64,000 bases of DNA, taken from positions 12,324,795 through 12,388,794 of the forward strand of contig NC_092670.1 of the NCBI RefSeq assembly GCF_964355755.1. The letters run 5' to 3'. This DNA is from Antedon mediterranea (taxonomy: Eukaryota > Animalia > Echinodermata). Both the position numbers and the translations under genes were made by a program. The notes under the pieces are model-generated. The model made no database searches. It was not told the origin of the DNA and saw only the letters and a list, made by a program, of their open reading frames with translations. How positions within the stretch are numbered: position 1 is the stretch's first letter; each line of letters begins with the position of its first letter. Of this stretch, positions 62,698 to 64,000 are shown piece after piece.

Positions 62698-64000
62698 TAA
62701 AATGGATAGCAAAACATATTAAAAAAAAAAACCTGAATTATTTCAAACAGACAGCACATTAGTTCAAACGGATAGCACAATAGATAGCTCAATCAAATGG
62801 ATATAACTATGATATAACTGTACTGTGCATTCTATACGGATTATCGGGTAGCACATTCTTTCAAATGGATAGCACATTCTTTCAAATGGATAGCACATTC
62901 TTTCAAATGGATAGCACATTCTTTCAAATGGATAGCACATTCTTTCAAATGGATAGCACATTAGGTAGCACAATCAAATGGATATAGTACTGTACATTAT
63001 TCTATGATTATCGGGTAGCACATTCTTTCAAATGGATAGCACATTAGGCCTATTCAAATGGATAGCACTTTCTTTCAAATGGATAGCACATTATTTCAAA
63101 TGGATAGCACATTATTTCAAATGGATAGCACATTGGGTAGCACAATCAAATAGATATAGTACTGTACATTATTCTATAAGGATTATCGGGTAGCACATTA
63201 TTTCAAATGGATAGCACATTAGGTAGCACAGTCAAATGGATATAGTAGGCCTACTGTACATTATTCTATACGGATTATCGGGTAGCATATTCTTTCAAAT
63301 GGATAGAAAATTATTTCAAATGGATAGCACATTCTTTCAAATGGATAGCACATTATTTCAAATGGATAGCACATTAGGTAGCACAATCAAATGGATGCAA
63401 TTGTACTGTACATTATTCTATACGGATTATCGGGTAGCATATTCTTTCAAATAGCACATTATTTCAAATGGATAGCACATTGGGTAGCACAATCAAATGG
63501 ATATAGTACTGTACATTATTCTATAAGGATTATCGGGTAGCACATTATTTCAAATGGATAGCACATTAGGTAGCACAATCAAATGGATATAATTGTACTG
63601 TACATTATTCTATAGCCTACGGATTATCGGGTAGCACATTCTTTCAAATGGATAGCACATTAGGTAGCACAGCCAAATGGATATAGTACTGTACATTATT
63701 CTATAAGGATTATCGGGTAGCACATTCTTTCAAATGGATAGCACATTAGGTAGCACAATCAAATGGATATAGTACTGTACATTATTCTATACGGATTATC
63801 GGGTAGCACATTCTTTCAAATGGATAGCACATTCGTTCAAATGGATAGCACATTGGGTAGCACAATAAAATGGATATAGTACTGTACTGTACAATTCTAT
63901 ACGGATTATCGGGTGCACATTATTTCAAATGGATAGCAAATTCTTTCAAATGGATAGCACATTATTTCAAATGGATAGCACATTAGGTAGCACAATCAAA
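62698..64000. repeat. 21-bp satellite TTCAAATGGATAGCACATT(C/A)T with ~90-130 bp higher-order units; runs off the window
   Basis: Monomers alternate with a longer block GGTAGCACAATCAAATGGATATAGTACTGTACATTATTCTATA.GGATTATCGGGTAGCAC. Confidence 0.95.

Noticed and set aside
62764-63454. MCYPFER and FQMDST repeat ORFs
   Set aside because: Translations of the 21-bp satellite.

Overview
AT-rich animal (probably marine invertebrate) genomic DNA made up almost entirely of transposable elements. The first ~21 kb is an apparently intact autonomous Helentron (Helitron2-type rolling-circle transposon). Its 2879-aa minus-strand ORF carries a herpesvirus-type cysteine protease, an OTU protease, the HUH Rep, a PIF1 helicase and an APE endonuclease. 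On the opposite strand lies a 5-exon, 275-aa OB-fold (RPA/SSB-like) gene that the ORF track misses. The element is followed by a ~15-kb head-to-tail array of three related non-autonomous HINE families, most of which lack their 5' cap; two of the families (A and C) carry a tRNA-like module. The whole block appears to sit in an intron of a frameshifted MAM-domain gene. The rest of the window holds a Penelope-type hammerhead ribozyme, a GTCY HINE, Rex1-like LINE remnants, a Mutator-like MITE with a 9-bp TSD, a Merlin derivative and a 21-bp higher-order satellite. A Kolobok-like TTAA element contains both a Gmr1-like Gypsy and a recent BEL/Pao element lacking RT. Comparing paralogous repeats shows recurrent TA->TAGGCCTA/TAGCCTA micro-insertions that look like transposon excision footprints. 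All calls are by eye; no database searches were run.
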